This document shows, in pieces, positions 63,564 through 64,000 of a stretch of 64,000 nucleotides of DNA. The stretch is from Basidiobolus meristosporus CBS 931.73. Lineage: Eukaryota > Fungi > Basidiobolomycota. A model generated the notes under the pieces. The model did not search any database. It saw only the letters and a program-made list of their open reading frames with translations, and was not told where the DNA came from. The position numbers and the translations under genes were made by a program. The stretch spans positions 1-64,000 of the forward strand of contig MCFE01000072.1 in assembly GCA_002104905.1 (NCBI GenBank), in the 5' to 3' direction. The number at the start of each line of letters is the position of its first letter. The stretch's first letter is position 1.

Positions 63564-64000
63564 TCATAACGTCTTAACTTTTGTGGATTTTACAGTAGGG
63601 TTGGTAACATCAATAGCCATCTGACTCAACTTGAATAATCCATATGATAGTAAACTTGAGATGATGATTAATATCAAGTAGATATCCAAGTCACATTGTT
63701 GCCAGAGCGTCCATCTAGACTCCGGAGATTGGTGGATGCTCTTCATGGGGTCATCCGTCTTCCCGGCATATATCATCTGCTCAGCAATATCGGCCGCATA
63801 CTGAATCCGTTTGGAGTTGATTTGGGCCAGAAGCTGCATGCGATGTACATTCCTTGCGAAGTGGCCGTCTTTATCCTCAAGCAGTAGCCTGGTTTTCTCC
63901 ATCATCTCAGGGACGCTGAAGGTGGTGAGCTCCATGGGAATAGAGACTCCGGCAGACTGAAGGTTGGCAGCATTGTAAAAGTGATCCCCGAAAGTTGGTA
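63564..64000 (-). CDS. UDP-glycosyltransferase (GT1), copy 3, 3' end only (continues beyond the window)
   Basis: PTFGDHFYNAANL...ELTTFSVPEMMEK...INSKRIQYAAD and a C-terminal TM helix with a KVKTL tail. Confidence 0.9.
   Translation of the reverse strand, partial: PTFGDHFYNAANLQSAGVSIPMELTTFSVPEMMEKTRLLLEDKDGHFARNVHRMQLLAQINSKRIQYAADIAEQMIYAGKTDDPMKSIHQSPESRWTLWQQCDLDIYLILIIISSLLSYGLFKLSQMAIDVTNPTVKSTKVKTL

Overview
Gene-dense fungal genomic DNA with short GT-AG introns. The organism is probably an early-diverging fungus (Zoopagomycota/Mucoromycota-like); this is an inference and no database search was run. Bases 1-4400 are a transposon island: a 155-bp satellite, a decayed LINE reverse transcriptase, and a Ty1/copia gag with LTR and half-tRNA primer site. 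Further copies of the same LTR family lie at 37.6-38.8 kb and 45.0-45.4 kb. About 28 protein-coding loci can be read by eye, mostly housekeeping: CYP, PAN5, CBK1, VMA12, FBP1, VAM7, MIS12, RPL42, PUS1, PTR2 x2, GUD1, HEATR3/SYO1, PEX13, PEX16, CWH43, PP2C, RPN5, GAD1, a class I aminotransferase and three tandem UGTs. The most interesting observations are six. (1) A mitochondrion-targeted cytidylate-kinase-fold protein lacks its P-loop and catalytic motifs and sits between two copies of an orphan box C/D-like RNA. (2) A lipidated protein resembles animal AP1AR/gadkin. (3) Two CAP/SCP genes form a palindrome homogenised from codon 8 to the stop codon. (4) A UGT array has promoters with clustered ATCTGATAA (SreA/Fep1-type) sites and a shared CCG-N6-CGG motif. 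(5) FBP1 carries a 1-nt frameshift. (6) Repeats show CpG-specific decay. All family assignments are by-eye motif recognition, and exon boundaries were inferred manually.
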